Numbered from the stretch's first letter, positions 29,290-40,543 are shown. The stretch: 64,000 nucleotides of DNA from an uncultured archaeon (GCA_963782915.1 CAWALK010000023.1:96001-160000); one strand, 5' to 3'. The notes: generated by a model not told the origin, from the letters alone. Made by a program: numbers and translations.

Positions 29290-29742
29290 ATGGAATACAC
29301 AGAAGCCACACTCAACCGAATCTATATCCTCAGACTCCACCAAAACGAAGTCATACATGAAACAGTAGAAAAATTCGCCAAAGAAAAACAAATCAAAAAC
29401 GCATTATGCTTCTTTCTGGGCGGCGCAGACGACAAAAGCAAACTCGTCGTCGGACCCAAAGACGGCAAAGCCATGCCACCCCAAGTCATGACCACCATAC
29501 TCCAAGGCGTACATGAAGGCCTCGCAGTAGGCACAATATTCACCGATGAAACAGACAACCCCAAACTGCACATGCATGGAAGCTTCGGCAGAAACGACCT
29601 CGCCGCCAACACAGTCACCGGCTGCATGCGCGTAGGAGTTAGCGTTTGGCAAATCGGCGAAATCGCCATCTTCGAATTATCCGGTGGCTCGGCGAAGCGC
29701 GTGAAGAATAAAGAAACCGGTTTTGAAATGCTCGAATGTTAG
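29290..29742 (+). CDS. PPC (DUF296) domain protein
   Basis: RL...E......FA, GTIF......KLHMH..FG. Confidence 0.8.
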   Translation: MEYTEATLNRIYILRLHQNEVIHETVEKFAKEKQIKNALCFFLGGADDKSKLVVGPKDGKAMPPQVMTTILQGVHEGLAVGTIFTDETDNPKLHMHGSFGRNDLAANTVTGCMRVGVSVWQIGEIAIFELSGGSAKRVKNKETGFEMLEC

Positions 29743-31324
29743 CCTAAGAAGCGGACCAGATAGATTCTGTTCCCCATCCACCCATTATAGTCACCCCAGA
29801 AGGGTTGATCCAATGGGTCTCCGAAGCGGTCGGTCGAGTAGATCAGTTGTTAAGACTTGTACATAGTCGAGTGTTGTATTGAAGAATTCTTGATGGATGC
29901 CGTAGTCGTAGAGGATTATGTATTTTACGTTGCGTTCTTGGCAGAGCTGGACGAATTCGGTTTTGTTGAAGTTGGGTGTAAAGGCATCAACGGCTAATGA
30001 GGGGTACTGCCAGATTTGGTCAGCCGTCATGTTTGCCGGTAGATAGAAGCGGAACATGTCTTGGCTTAGCAGATTGTATGAGCAGACTAATACGGCGGAT
30101 TGGTTGCGGGTGAGGTTGCCTGCGAGGTATGCGGTTGCTTCTTTGATTGGGAGGTGCAGTTGGTCGCGGCTGGTCATTTCGTAGGCGTTGTAGCCACTGT
30201 AAGCGACTGCGACAGCGATTATGGCGATGAAGGATACGGATGCCAGTTTCTTGAGTTGGGCAGCGTTTAGGTGTATTGGTTTTGGTTTCCAGCGTTCCAG
30301 TCTGCCATAGAGGAACATCACAAAAGACGCCGCCGAAATCCCCAAAATAGGAAACAGTGGGGTGACATAGCGCCATTGCCGATTAGAAATCAACGTAAAA
30401 AACCCATAAACTACCACAAACCACGTCAAAAAGAAGATGTCCTGCTTTTTTCTGCGATAAGCAAACAACCCCAATCCGGCCAAACCCAAAATGAAGATGG
30501 GCAATGATATCGGATGCACGGGGATGTCGTTGAATGGCCAGGTCATTTCGACGAGGTAGTAGACGGGGATGGGTTGGAAGCGGTTGCTATACGCTGGTCT
30601 GTCTTGTCCGCCTTCACTCATGACGTATTGGATGGTTTCGAATTTGGTCATGCCGTTATAGTGGTAAATCATACAGGAACCATGGGGCAACAACCAAAAC
30701 AACGATGACTATGATGACTATGAATTTTGCTAAGTTGAGTTTCAAACGTTTTCGGGCCAAAAACAGTATGCTTAACAGCATAGCCAGGGCGGCGACGATG
30801 ATCTGGTACTTCGCCAACACCCCGATGCCCAACGCTAACCCGCATAAGACTAACGCGCGGTTGCTGCCGTCCTTATTGAGCCATGTGTAGAAGGCAAACA
30901 TGACCAGTGTAAAGAAGAAAATCAGCATCGTTTCAAGCATGGTTACGCGGCTGAGCCAGAAGAACCCCGGCATCGTACCCAACAGAACCGCTGCGACAAG
31001 CGCGTTTTTTGGGCCGTAAGTGCGTTTGGCGAATTCAAAAACCAACCAAATGGAGAGCGCTGCAAAGGTTACTGCGACCAGTCGCCCCGCAACTTCGTTA
31101 ACGCCGAAAACCGCGAAGAAACCCGTGGTTACAACATCGAATATGGGCGGGTAATACGCGTAGGTGGTCATGTAGCCCCATGAATCGCCGCGGCTAAGCA
31201 ATGTGGCGCCGAATAAGTGGGGCATCTCGTCCCATTGCACCGACATGTAACCTAAACTGTAAGTCGAAGCAACGATGAAAACTACTAGAAAAGCAAGCAA
31301 CGCCAAGTAGTACTTGTATTTCAT
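29739..31324 (-). CDS. Glycosyltransferase family 39 (ArnT/PMT-like) membrane protein, frameshifted
   Basis: WDE..H, YPP, GRL, LGIG.L.KY, RY..PL.P; many TM helices. Confidence 0.82.
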
Positions 31325-31515
31325 CAAAAAACTTCGCTGAGGCTGCTGGCTGATGCTGCTTGTTTGGGTAATGTTTAGCGACCCCTCTTTCGGGTCAAAG
31401 ATTAGTGGTCTGCATCTAAAAAGAGTTTGCACATCATCCGCCGAAAACCGTGTCTCCGTGTATAAATGCGGAAATGATTTATGCATAGAAACATTTGATT
31501 CCATCTTAGTCCAAA

Positions 31516-32253
31516 TTGGGGTGGTACCGCTTAGTGACAAATCAGTCTGTGAAGGAAATTTCGATTCTGTTGCCCGCGTTTAATGAGGCATCGCAGATTG
31601 AGCAGTGCATACTCGAAGTCGAAGCCGCTGCGCGGTCACTGAGCAAATCTTATGAAATAATCGTGTCGGAAGACGGTAGCACAGACGGCACAGACACCAT
31701 CGTTTCGAAGATGGCTAAGTTTAACCCAAACATTGTCCTACTCCACTCAACCACGCGATTAGGCAAGGGCAAAGCCATCAAAAACGCGGTTAACTCTTCA
31801 AGAGGAAAAATCGTCACCTTCATGGATGTGGATTTAGCAACTGACCTTGCATGTTTACCTAAACTACTAGACGTAGTCCATCAGAAAGGCGGCATGGCTA
31901 TTGGGTCCAGACACATCGAAGGCTCAAACGTTCAACGTCACGCAAAAAGGACGCTTTTCAGCTTAACATACAATGCCCTCGTTCGGATGCTCTTTTTCGA
32001 CGGCGTTCGCGATCATCAATGCGGCTTCAAAACCATGCCCCGCAACGTCGCAGCGGCAGTCCTCAACAGTTCCCGCTCAGACGGCTACTTCTTTGACACA
32101 GAAATGATTGTGCGCTGCAAACAACTCGGCTACCCCGTCACCGAAGTGCCTGTGAATTGGCAGGAGAAGAACAAGGGTGGCTCAAAAGTTAATCCCGTTC
32201 GGGATAGCAAAAAAATCTTTAAAGATATGCTTTCTTTTAGGCTAAATCTTTAG
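31516..32253 (+). CDS. GT2 dolichyl-phosphate glycosyltransferase-like
   Basis: PAFNEA, EDGSTDGT, GKGKAI, FMDVD, GSR, DHQCGFK, FDTE. Confidence 0.9.
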   Translation: MGWYRLVTNQSVKEISILLPAFNEASQIEQCILEVEAAARSLSKSYEIIVSEDGSTDGTDTIVSKMAKFNPNIVLLHSTTRLGKGKAIKNAVNSSRGKIVTFMDVDLATDLACLPKLLDVVHQKGGMAIGSRHIEGSNVQRHAKRTLFSLTYNALVRMLFFDGVRDHQCGFKTMPRNVAAAVLNSSRSDGYFFDTEMIVRCKQLGYPVTEVPVNWQEKNKGGSKVNPVRDSKKIFKDMLSFRLNL

Positions 32254-32255
32254 CG

Positions 32256-32988
32256 TTACCATTTGCCGGTTGAGCCTCCGCCGCCGGAGCGTCCACCGCG
32301 GGCTACGCCTCCGAAACCTGCGCCAGCTATACCCAAGATTGCAAGCACAATTATTAGCCAAAGGGGCATGCCATAGATGTCATAAGCCCAAAACGGTATT
32401 GAAGTCTGTGTTGGGGCTGGTGTGGCGTCGCTTTCATAGTAATAGTATCCTCTGACTGGCGCTGCTTCTGTGCTGGCGGGGATTTGCTCACCCAACGCCA
32501 CAACTGTGTCGTATAAGCCCTCGCCATAGTTCTCGTTCTGGAATGCTGGAACAAGATATGCCTGAGCAATCAAACCCGTTTCGATGTCAGTTATGTCTCC
32601 TTCTAAGCCGTAACCGACTTCAAAACGGTACTCTCTCTCCTGAATCGCCACCAACAAGCAATACGCCGTTGTCTTTGCCGCTTTTCCCAATCCCCGTCTG
32701 AGTACCATCCAAAACATCCAATTCCTCATCATTGAAAATATGCACACCCAACTGGACGATGTCGTGGATTTCGTTGCCTGAACTATCAGTTATTCCGTGT
32801 CCATAGAGTGAGGGGAAGACGCAAACTACGATTTCGGCGGTGGTGTTGGAGTCAACTTCGTAGCAGTAACTATCAATGCTATCTGCCCAGTCAGCATCAA
32901 CGATGTCAGCTCTGCAGAAACCGACGAATAATGTTGGTGACAGTAAAAGGATAATAAAAATGATGATTGAGGCGCGTTTAGCTTGCAA
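32256..32988 (-). CDS. TPM-domain protein (frameshifted)
   Basis: GIGKSGKDNGVLL / R.EVGYGLEG.ITD; C-terminal GGRSGGGGSTGKW. Confidence 0.85.
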
Positions 32989-33007
32989 CTGCTTTTGCTA
33001 CCTCAAA

Positions 33008-33591
33008 CTAAAGGTTAACTTGTGGCACTTCAGTTGCAGTAATTTGTGCTTGGAAGTAGGTTTTGGTTTCATAGCCCCAGCCTGCTGTCCATAGGTTTGC
33101 TGGGAACACTGCTATGGCTGTGTTGTAGTCTCTTACTGCTTCGTTGTAGCGCATGCGTTCGGTTGAGATGCGGTTTTCTGTGCCCTCTAAATCATTCATC
33201 AAAGACAAGATAATAGTCGATGATTGTAGGTTTGGATAGGCTTCAAATGTAACTATCATGCTTGACACGCCTGATTCCAATTGTGCCGTTGCATTATCGA
33301 GCGCGCCTGCATCGCCGCTCTGTTCAGCTATATCCCATTGACCTCGCAGTCGTGTAACGTTTTCTAGTACGGAGCCTTCGTAGGTCATGTAGGCTTTGGC
33401 TGCGGTGACTATGTTGGGGATTAAGACGTATCTGCGCTCTAACTCCTGCTGCACCTGTGCCCATGTGTCTCATCGACTTTCTCGTTGAGGGTGACGATGT
33501 TGTTTTGGGTGGCGATGTATAGACCTGCAAATGCGGCAACAATAATAACGGCGATTATTCCGACGGCTGCTATCACGATTTTAGCGTTCAT
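33008..33591 (-). CDS. lemA: LemA family protein (frameshifted near 5' end)
   Basis: RR..LIPN.V, EAYP.L.S, L..TENRI...R.RYN.AV..YN....FP.N; upstream of TPM gene. Confidence 0.9.
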
Positions 33592-33685
33592 GTTAATGCA
33601 CTTTAGTGCCAAAATCGAGTTATGGATAATATATTAATTGTGTACACCTATCGGAAAACTGGTTGTTCAACTTGTGACTATCCGC

Positions 33686-34359
33686 TTATTGGCGGCTTCT
33701 TTGGCTGAATTTCATAACCAGCCGCTTTAGCCTCGCCACCGTCAACTTGGCATTTAAAACCGCAGGCACAGGTTGCCCATGAGGCGTACAGTGCCCATCC
33801 ACGATGGCTCGGGCGATGGCTTCAACAGTTGGCTCCTCAACCTCAATCTCAGTGTAGCCATAACCAATCTGGGGACCATAATGAGCATCTGTCCCAGCCA
33901 CACGTGAAAGTTTTAGGCGTTCTGCTGCTTCTTCAGCTTTCTTGACGCTGTTTTTGAAGGGGACTGCTCGGGCATTAATCACTTCGATGGCATCAAACGA
34001 TCCGCAAACATGCTCTCTGAGGCATCCTTTGAAGTATACGTATGGGTGGCATGCAATGGCGACTCCGCCTGCCTTATGGATGCGCTCGACTGTTTCAACT
34101 GCGCTAAAACCCCGTCGGAATAAGTTCATGGACGTTTAAGGCTACTATGTGCCCATCTGCGCTTGAAACTTCCATGCCTGGGATAATCAAAAAATCGGTT
34201 TCTTTGGCAATTTTGTAGGCGCCCTCCAGAAAAGTTGTGGTCGGTGACTGCACATGCGTTTAGACCCCGTTTTTTGGCGTAATAGACGAGGTCTTTGGGG
34301 GTTATGAGTGAGTCATTGGAGTAGGTGGTGTGGACGTGGAGGTCGGCTCTGATTTGCAT
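33686..34359 (-). CDS. PHP-domain phosphoesterase (frameshifted)
   Basis: DLHVHT..S.D, TDHN, HPY, DAIEV.N, GTDAH. Confidence 0.88.
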
Positions 34360-34368
34360 GAGCTCGCC

Positions 34369-36063
34369 TCATTTGGGTCCTAGTTTGGCTCGTACCTGTG
34401 CTAGCTGCTCTTCGAGTTTGGCTTCGTCTGCGTCGATTTTGTGGAATAGCACTTGTGGCTTGTTGATTTTGTGTCCCGCCTCAATTGGTACCATGGCGTC
34501 GCTCCATTTGCTTTCTTGGACGGTTCCTTGGAGGTTGAGTGTTTGCCATAGTTGCTGTGCGGTTTGTGGCATGAAGGGTTCGGAAACCACTGTTATCGCT
34601 TTCACTACCTGCGCTTCTACGTAGAAGATTGTGCCTGCTTTTTCTTTGTCGGTCTTCATGAGGTTCCATGGTTCCTTCGTGTTTAGGTACTGGTTACCGA
34701 TGCGGCTGATTGAGATTAGCGTGTTAGCTGCGGATTGTAGCCATCCGTCCTCGATTTCTTTGGCTGCCTGAGCAACTTTCTCTTTAACTGCCTGCAGGAC
34801 GGCTTCGTCGTCTTTGTCAAGTTTGGTTGGCGCTGGAATTGTTCCGTCGAATTTGCTGTTGATGAATGAGAGTGTGCGGTGGATGAAGTTGCCAAAGGTG
34901 TCGTTTAGGTCTGCGTTGATTTTTTCTTTGAATGCATCCCATGTGAAGTTGGTGTCTTTGCTTTCTGGGCGGGTGGCGATGAGGAAGAAGCGCCAGTAAT
35001 CAACTGGGAACATTTCGAGGGCTTCGTCTATCCAGATGCCGACGCGTTGGCTCTTGGAGGCTTTTTGCCCACGGAACTGCAAGAATTCGGTTGCGGAGAC
35101 ATTCCATGGCAGGTTATAGCCTTGCCCCGAAGCCAACAGCAATGCTGGTAGGATGATTGTGTGGAATGGGATGTTGTCTTTGCCCACGAAGTAGAGTGTT
35201 TTGGCGTCTTTGTCAAACCAGAATTCACGCCACTTCTCAGGTTGCCCCAAACGTTGGCACTGCTCGATTGTAGCAGAAACATAGCCTAAAACTGCGTCAA
35301 CCCAAACGTAGATGGTTTTGCCCTCCGCGCCTTCAAACGGCGCTGGAATTCCCCATTCGATGTCTCGGGTGACTGCACGGGGTTTTAAGCCTTCTTTTAT
35401 CCAGTTTAGGCTAAAGTTTTTGACGTTCGATGGTAACTGCTGATTATTTTTAAGGTACTCTGTTAGGGGATCGGCTAGTTTGGAGAGGTCAATGTACCAG
35501 TGCCGTGTAGTTTTTACTATAGGCTTGTTTTTGCAGATGACACAGTAAGGCTCAACAAGCAAGGTGGGTTCTAAGAGTTTGCCGCAGATGTCGCATTGGT
35601 CGCCTCGTGCTTTTTCGCAGCCGCAGTAGGGGCATTTGCCTTCTACAAAGCGGTCGGGTAGGAAGCGTTGGTCATGCTCGCAGTAGAGCATCTGAGTATC
35701 CTGCTCAAAGATGAAACCGTTTTTTTGGATTTCCAGCAAAGTTTTTTGCACGAATTCTTTGTGGATTGGGCTCTCGGTGCTGGTGTAATTGTCAAAAGAC
35801 GCATCCCATCGGCGGAAGAGTTCGGCGACTTTGGTGTGGTTGCGGTCTGTTAGGGCTTTAGGTGTTATGCCCTGTTTGATGGCTTCTACTTCGATGGGTG
35901 TGCCATGTGTATCTGAACCGCTGACCATCAACGTGTCTGCGCCTTTTAAGCGGTAATACCGTGCGGTGACGTCGGCGGATAAGACGGACCCGACGAGGTT
36001 GCCCAAGTGTGGGGTGACGTTGATGTATGGCCATGCGGATGTTACTAGAACTTTCTCTGGCAA
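34369..36063 (-). CDS. metG: Methionine--tRNA ligase
   Basis: TSAWPY.N..PHLGN, SGSD.HGT, Zn knuckles, YVW.DA, GKDNIPFH, KASKS. Confidence 0.97.
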   Translation of the reverse strand: MPEKVLVTSAWPYINVTPHLGNLVGSVLSADVTARYYRLKGADTLMVSGSDTHGTPIEVEAIKQGITPKALTDRNHTKVAELFRRWDASFDNYTSTESPIHKEFVQKTLLEIQKNGFIFEQDTQMLYCEHDQRFLPDRFVEGKCPYCGCEKARGDQCDICGKLLEPTLLVEPYCVICKNKPIVKTTRHWYIDLSKLADPLTEYLKNNQQLPSNVKNFSLNWIKEGLKPRAVTRDIEWGIPAPFEGAEGKTIYVWVDAVLGYVSATIEQCQRLGQPEKWREFWFDKDAKTLYFVGKDNIPFHTIILPALLLASGQGYNLPWNVSATEFLQFRGQKASKSQRVGIWIDEALEMFPVDYWRFFLIATRPESKDTNFTWDAFKEKINADLNDTFGNFIHRTLSFINSKFDGTIPAPTKLDKDDEAVLQAVKEKVAQAAKEIEDGWLQSAANTLISISRIGNQYLNTKEPWNLMKTDKEKAGTIFYVEAQVVKAITVVSEPFMPQTAQQLWQTLNLQGTVQESKWSDAMVPIEAGHKINKPQVLFHKIDADEAKLEEQLAQVRAKLGPK

Positions 36064-36253
36064 AGTTAATCTCCAACAAATCGTTAAGTGCCGCCCTATT
36101 TAAAATTGCTAGGGCTACCCTCTTATCTTAGCCAAAAAATCTTTGGTTAATCTCGTCTTCAGAGTAAGTATACCTACCCATACATAGTACAGGTACCTGT
36201 ACTCAGGAGTCGAATACGCAAACGTGATTGCCTATATGGGTTCTTTGGGCTGC

Positions 36254-36500
36254 TTAATATAAGGGGAGGGGGGACACCTGAGAGCAACAAACGCGGTGCC
36301 AACATCGCTTTTGTATCTGCTTGCGGAAGTCTCCACAACCAGCCTGCAACCCAACACAGACGCAGAACCCAAAACAGACACAATAGCAAAGCCCTCTGGA
36401 AGAAGAAGGGTATAGCGGGTCCCTGCCATCTTCTACTAAATAAAAAAAGCCTACGGGTTGTTGTTGTGTATAGGCGCTTTTCGGCAACAACAACTATAGA
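36254..36500. repeat. Composite repeat element: inverted C-string/TATA module at left, (GTT)n/(AAC)n hairpin at right
   Basis: 36254-36291 resembles the reverse complement of 190-227; 36315-36500 resembles 50422-50600; perfect stem GTTGTTGTTG(36457)/CAACAACAAC(36485). Confidence 0.75.
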
Positions 36501-36629
36501 CAAAACCCGCTAAAACCAACCGCTAAAGCACCAAACAACACATCCCCACACATAAACGAAAGCATCAAATAGGCACACCTATAATAGGAAGAAAAAACAA
36601 TCATTGACTACATCAAAAGCGGATTAAAC

Positions 36630-36959
36630 ATGACCGAACAACCAAACGAGAACAATCAATCCCAAATCCAAAAACTTTTAATCGATAACCCCGAGAATTT
36701 TCAGTTTCATGCCGCATACGTTGTCTATGAAGAAGCATTCGACAAGGCACGTGACAGCCAAGCTAAAACTGAATTAAACAAGAACCTTCAAGAGTTAAGC
36801 GAAGGCAAAATCGACAATGAAACCTTCTACGGTAACGTGTCGCGTTTCCGAAAGCTGGATGTTCCTCGCCAAGAACGCTTTTCCATGCAGACTCAGCGTA
36901 AGAAGGATTGGCGCAAAAAGGAACAGCGTCAAGACCGCATTAAACGGCACAAAAAATAG
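36630..36959 (+). CDS. Hypothetical protein with basic C-terminus
   Basis: Clean ORF with coding-like composition, T-rich tract downstream. Confidence 0.7.
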   Translation: MTEQPNENNQSQIQKLLIDNPENFQFHAAYVVYEEAFDKARDSQAKTELNKNLQELSEGKIDNETFYGNVSRFRKLDVPRQERFSMQTQRKKDWRKKEQRQDRIKRHKK

Positions 36960-37026
36960 TTAACTAAATTTTTCTTTTCTATTTTCTTAATTCGTTCGAT
37001 TTTTAGATTAAACAGGTTTTTCTTTT

Positions 37027-37345
37027 ATGGTTAGAATATGGGCTGTTCCAGTCAGCGAACTCGACCGCCAACACCTGCTCGGCGAACACGCAGAGCTCCA
37101 CTGCATAGTCGGCGCATTATTAGGCAAATACAAAGCTTACCGCAACCACCCCGAAACCCTGCGCTTCCAAGACCGCATAGAACAACTCTACTACAGACAT
37201 GACCAGCAAGTAGCGGAGATGCAGAAACGCGGCTACAACCACCACTCGCCCACTGCCAAGCAGCACCCAACCCTACATTTACACAGAAGACGAATACTGC
37301 CGAGACCACGATGAACTAGCCAAAAGACAGACAAAACCGCATTAA
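37027..37345 (+). CDS. Pyrimidine-dimer DNA glycosylase/endonuclease V (T4 DenV-like) family; 3' frameshift
   Basis: MVRIW....L.RQHLLGEH.ELH, HP, RH....EM.KRGY.H. Confidence 0.8.
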
Positions 37346-37457
37346 AGCGCTCTATAGAGGCATATTATTTGTTTAAACCTGTTTAAACGTTATATACGGA
37401 ATACTTAAACACACTATCTTATCACAAAAGTTAAGCTAAAGTTCAAAGGGATAACAA

Positions 37458-38207
37458 TTGAACACCCACCTCAAAACCCAAGATGTCGTAGTTATCGGTA
37501 TCAGCGCAGCGCTTTATGCTGTATTTGGAATCGCAACGGCAGGTTTCAGTTTCCTCGGCGTTGGCTTTTTGCCAGCAGTTGTAATACCTGCGGTTTTTGC
37601 AGTACTTTATGGTCCATGGGTGGGCGGATTAGGTGCGGCAATCGGTATTTTCATACGAGACATGTTCGTTCATGGAAACCCCGTTTTAAGCCTCGCCGCT
37701 GGTGTACCTCCGAACTTTATAGTATTCTTCCTCATCGGTTACATCGCACTTAGAAACATTAGCTTAAAACAAGCCCTTGCAGGCATAACAATAGCCGCTA
37801 TAGGCTTGCTAGTTCCCACAATTGTTTTTCTCCCAGACTTCTCAGCAACATTGGGACTCTCAGCAGAGTTCATCGTCACAATTTTCTCAATAACTGTACT
37901 CATGACTCTTGGAATCACCGCAGTAGTTGCTATCCGCTGGAAAGAATGGCGAAGTTATGCCATAGGCGCAGTAGTTGGACAAGCTATAGGCGCAGCCTTA
38001 CTTTCCGCTACCGTGGTGGCTGTCAGTCCACTGTTTCTCTCAATCTTCCAAACAGCTTACGGTGCCTCAGCAATTATTCCGATCTTCGTTTGGACATTTG
38101 CCACAGAACTACCATTCGTTCTGCTCCTTGGACCACCAATTATAAAAGTGTGCTACCGAGCATTTCCCTCTCTAAGACGAAAGGGCAAACTAAGTGAACC
38201 ACAGTGA
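37458..38207 (+). CDS. ECF transporter S component (pantothenate/pantoate-related by context)
   Basis: I.AALYAV, PAV......LYGPW.GG.GAAIG.FI.D; first gene of CoA operon. Confidence 0.75.
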   Translation: MNTHLKTQDVVVIGISAALYAVFGIATAGFSFLGVGFLPAVVIPAVFAVLYGPWVGGLGAAIGIFIRDMFVHGNPVLSLAAGVPPNFIVFFLIGYIALRNISLKQALAGITIAAIGLLVPTIVFLPDFSATLGLSAEFIVTIFSITVLMTLGITAVVAIRWKEWRSYAIGAVVGQAIGAALLSATVVAVSPLFLSIFQTAYGASAIIPIFVWTFATELPFVLLLGPPIIKVCYRAFPSLRRKGKLSEPQ

Positions 38208-39136
38208 CTAAAACCGCTAAAGCATTCGCTCCAGGAGCCATCTCAAGTTTCTTTGAAATCCACGACACCCTAAACGGCAAACCAATCACCGACCTCATAA
38301 AACTCGGCGCCACAGGCGGAGGATTCGGACTCGATAAAGGTGTTCAAACAAAAGTTACAGTTAAGGAAGCAAAAGAAAACAGCATCGACGTAACCATCAA
38401 CAACCAACCCCTCCACGCAAAAACCACCAAACAAGTCGTCGAAACACTCCTAAGCAAAACAACCAAAAAATACGCAGTCAGCATTGAACACAACATTGAC
38501 GTTCCCATCGGCATGGGATTTGGCACAAGCGCAGGCGGCGCATTAACCACAGGTTTAGCCCTCAGCCAAGCCATAGAATTACCCTTAACCTACAACGAAA
38601 TCGGACAAATCGCCCACGCCTCCGAAATCCAATGCATAACCGGCTTGGGCACAGTCAGCTCCCTCACTTACGGCGGCGGACTCATCCTCGTCACAGAACC
38701 AGGCGCACCGGGCATCTGCAAAATCGACCGCATCCCCATAACACCCGACTACGTTATAGTCGTCGGTTTCTATCCAACTCACATCCCCAAAAAATCAATC
38801 TTTTCCTCAACAGAAAAAAAGCAGGAAATCAACCGTTACGGCAAAAAAACCCTCGAAGCCATACTAGCCGAACCCAGTATAGAGAACTTTTTAGACAGCT
38901 GCTGGGACTTCGCACAAAACGCGGGCTTCGCAAACCAAAACATTTGCCAACTCGTCAAAGCCGCAAAAGACGCCGGCGCAGTCGGGGCAGCTCAAAACAT
39001 GATTGGCGAAGCAGTCCACGCCGTCTGCCACGAGGAAAACGCTAACTCGGTAGCAGAAGCTTTTAAGCAAACTTTACCCAAACAACAAGTACTGGTAAGC
39101 AGAATAGATTTTCAGGGCGCTAGGCTGATAAAATGA
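38204..39136 (+). CDS. Pantoate kinase (GHMP family)
   Basis: AFAPG.IS.FF, G..G.G, P.G.GFG.S..GAL, AH..E....TGLG.V, Q.M.G. Confidence 0.85.
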   Translation: MTKTAKAFAPGAISSFFEIHDTLNGKPITDLIKLGATGGGFGLDKGVQTKVTVKEAKENSIDVTINNQPLHAKTTKQVVETLLSKTTKKYAVSIEHNIDVPIGMGFGTSAGGALTTGLALSQAIELPLTYNEIGQIAHASEIQCITGLGTVSSLTYGGGLILVTEPGAPGICKIDRIPITPDYVIVVGFYPTHIPKKSIFSSTEKKQEINRYGKKTLEAILAEPSIENFLDSCWDFAQNAGFANQNICQLVKAAKDAGAVGAAQNMIGEAVHAVCHEENANSVAEAFKQTLPKQQVLVSRIDFQGARLIK

Positions 39137-39612
39137 AAGAGTTCAAGAAAGTTGCGGTCGGCGGAACCTTCGACCAACTCCATAGAGGCCACAGGGCTTT
39201 GTTAGGGCGGGCTTTTGAAGTCGGAGATAAAGTGCTTATCGGTTTAACTTCCGATGCTTTCGTTGCAAAGATGGGTAAACCGCATAAAACTGCTTCTTAT
39301 GCAGATCGTCGCCGTGAACTCGAAGCTTATTTGGTCCAGCAGGGTATAGCTGAGCGTGCAGAAATTGTGCCGCTTGATGATGCTATTGGCTTAACGATTT
39401 CCGGCAAAGGCTTAGAAGCGTTGGTTGTAAGTGAAGAAACCGAAAAAATCGGCACAGCAATAAATCAGAAGCGACTCAGTTCGGGGCATAAGCCGCTAAA
39501 AATCGTTGTTGTTGCCATGGTTGAAGCGGAGAATGATACGCCCATTTCGACTACTCGGATTCGCCGCGGAGAAATCGACCGCAATGGTCACATGCTACAA
39601 AAAACCAGTTAA
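39133..39612 (+). CDS. coaD: Phosphopantetheine adenylyltransferase
   Basis: VGGTFD.LH.GH, GLTSD, LVVSEET, ISTTRIR.GEID. Confidence 0.9.
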   Translation: MKEFKKVAVGGTFDQLHRGHRALLGRAFEVGDKVLIGLTSDAFVAKMGKPHKTASYADRRRELEAYLVQQGIAERAEIVPLDDAIGLTISGKGLEALVVSEETEKIGTAINQKRLSSGHKPLKIVVVAMVEAENDTPISTTRIRRGEIDRNGHMLQKTS

Positions 39613-39613
39613 C

Positions 39614-40543
39614 CTATAGAATTTCGCCTACAACGTTAATCGGTTTAGGAATAAGCGCCGATAAATCCTCAAGATGCTCAGGGTCGATGGTGGCTAAAAC
39701 CACGGTTGCTGGTCCCGCAGTCTTATTCAAATCCAAACCAGCAACATCGAGTAGTTTGAGTTGTCTACCAACTCCGTAAGCCATCATTTTTGCTTCACTG
39801 GCAATTCCAAAGCTTCCCACCGCCGAGATGTCATGGACATATTTTCGTTGATTAAGCTGAGTCACGTTTTTTAAGTCTGCGATTTCGCCTCTTGCTTCAG
39901 CTGGGATAACTTCGTCGCCCACTTTAGGTCTGCCAATCGCAACTATTAAATCGCCAGGCATAGTTTTGCCAATGCGCAGTTCATCCTCGTTTGCTAAGCC
40001 AATCACGGTTAAGCCTGCGCCTGTTTGCACAGTTTGGAAGTTGTCCTCTGTATTCTCCATAACCACTTGATTGGGGTCTAAGCCTATGCTTCTGGCTTCC
40101 CGTTTAATGCCCTCGATTATTTCGTTTCCTGTAGGTTCACTCTCTACACCCAACGTAACAGACAATAACAGCGGAAAGGCGCCTGTTGCGGTAACATCCA
40201 TCAATGCTACCCTCGCCAAAAACTTTCCAAGTATGCGGCCTTCAACTTTGACTTTATCCATCTCTTTGGGTCCAACCGCGCCGCTTGAGGTTGATCCAGC
40301 TACGATGGCGTGTCCAGTGGGCATTTTTAGGATGGATACGTCGCCTCTTCTTGTGTAGGCGATTTGGGCTGGTTTAACTTGAAAAACTATGGGTCGTAGC
40401 ATTGTGCCTACGTTTTCGGTTAAGTGGAGATACATGGTTAGGGCTTGTCGCATGACTTCTGAGCGGGTGAGTTCATGTTTTTTGGCTAATTTATCTACGT
40501 CTTGGATGATTTTGTCGGGTAAACGTAGGTTGACGATATCCAA
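39614..40543 (-). CDS. Ribbon-helix-helix domain fused to a PurM-fold, alpha-ribazole kinase (CblS)-like domain
   Basis: VNLRLP....D.LA......RSE..R.A; SG.VGPK..D.V.V....G.F.ARVALM....GA.P; TEDNF.T.QTG. Confidence 0.7.
   Translation of the reverse strand: MDIVNLRLPDKIIQDVDKLAKKHELTRSEVMRQALTMYLHLTENVGTMLRPIVFQVKPAQIAYTRRGDVSILKMPTGHAIVAGSTSSGAVGPKEMDKVKVEGRILGKFLARVALMDVTATGAFPLLLSVTLGVESEPTGNEIIEGIKREARSIGLDPNQVVMENTEDNFQTVQTGAGLTVIGLANEDELRIGKTMPGDLIVAIGRPKVGDEVIPAEARGEIADLKNVTQLNQRKYVHDISAVGSFGIASEAKMMAYGVGRQLKLLDVAGLDLNKTAGPATVVLATIDPEHLEDLSALIPKPINVVGEIL

Noticed and set aside
36174-36503. ORFs starting MLLPK.AYTQQQP here and at 50405-50593 as a peptide family
   Set aside because: Similarity comes from the DNA hairpin repeat; the translations diverge right after it
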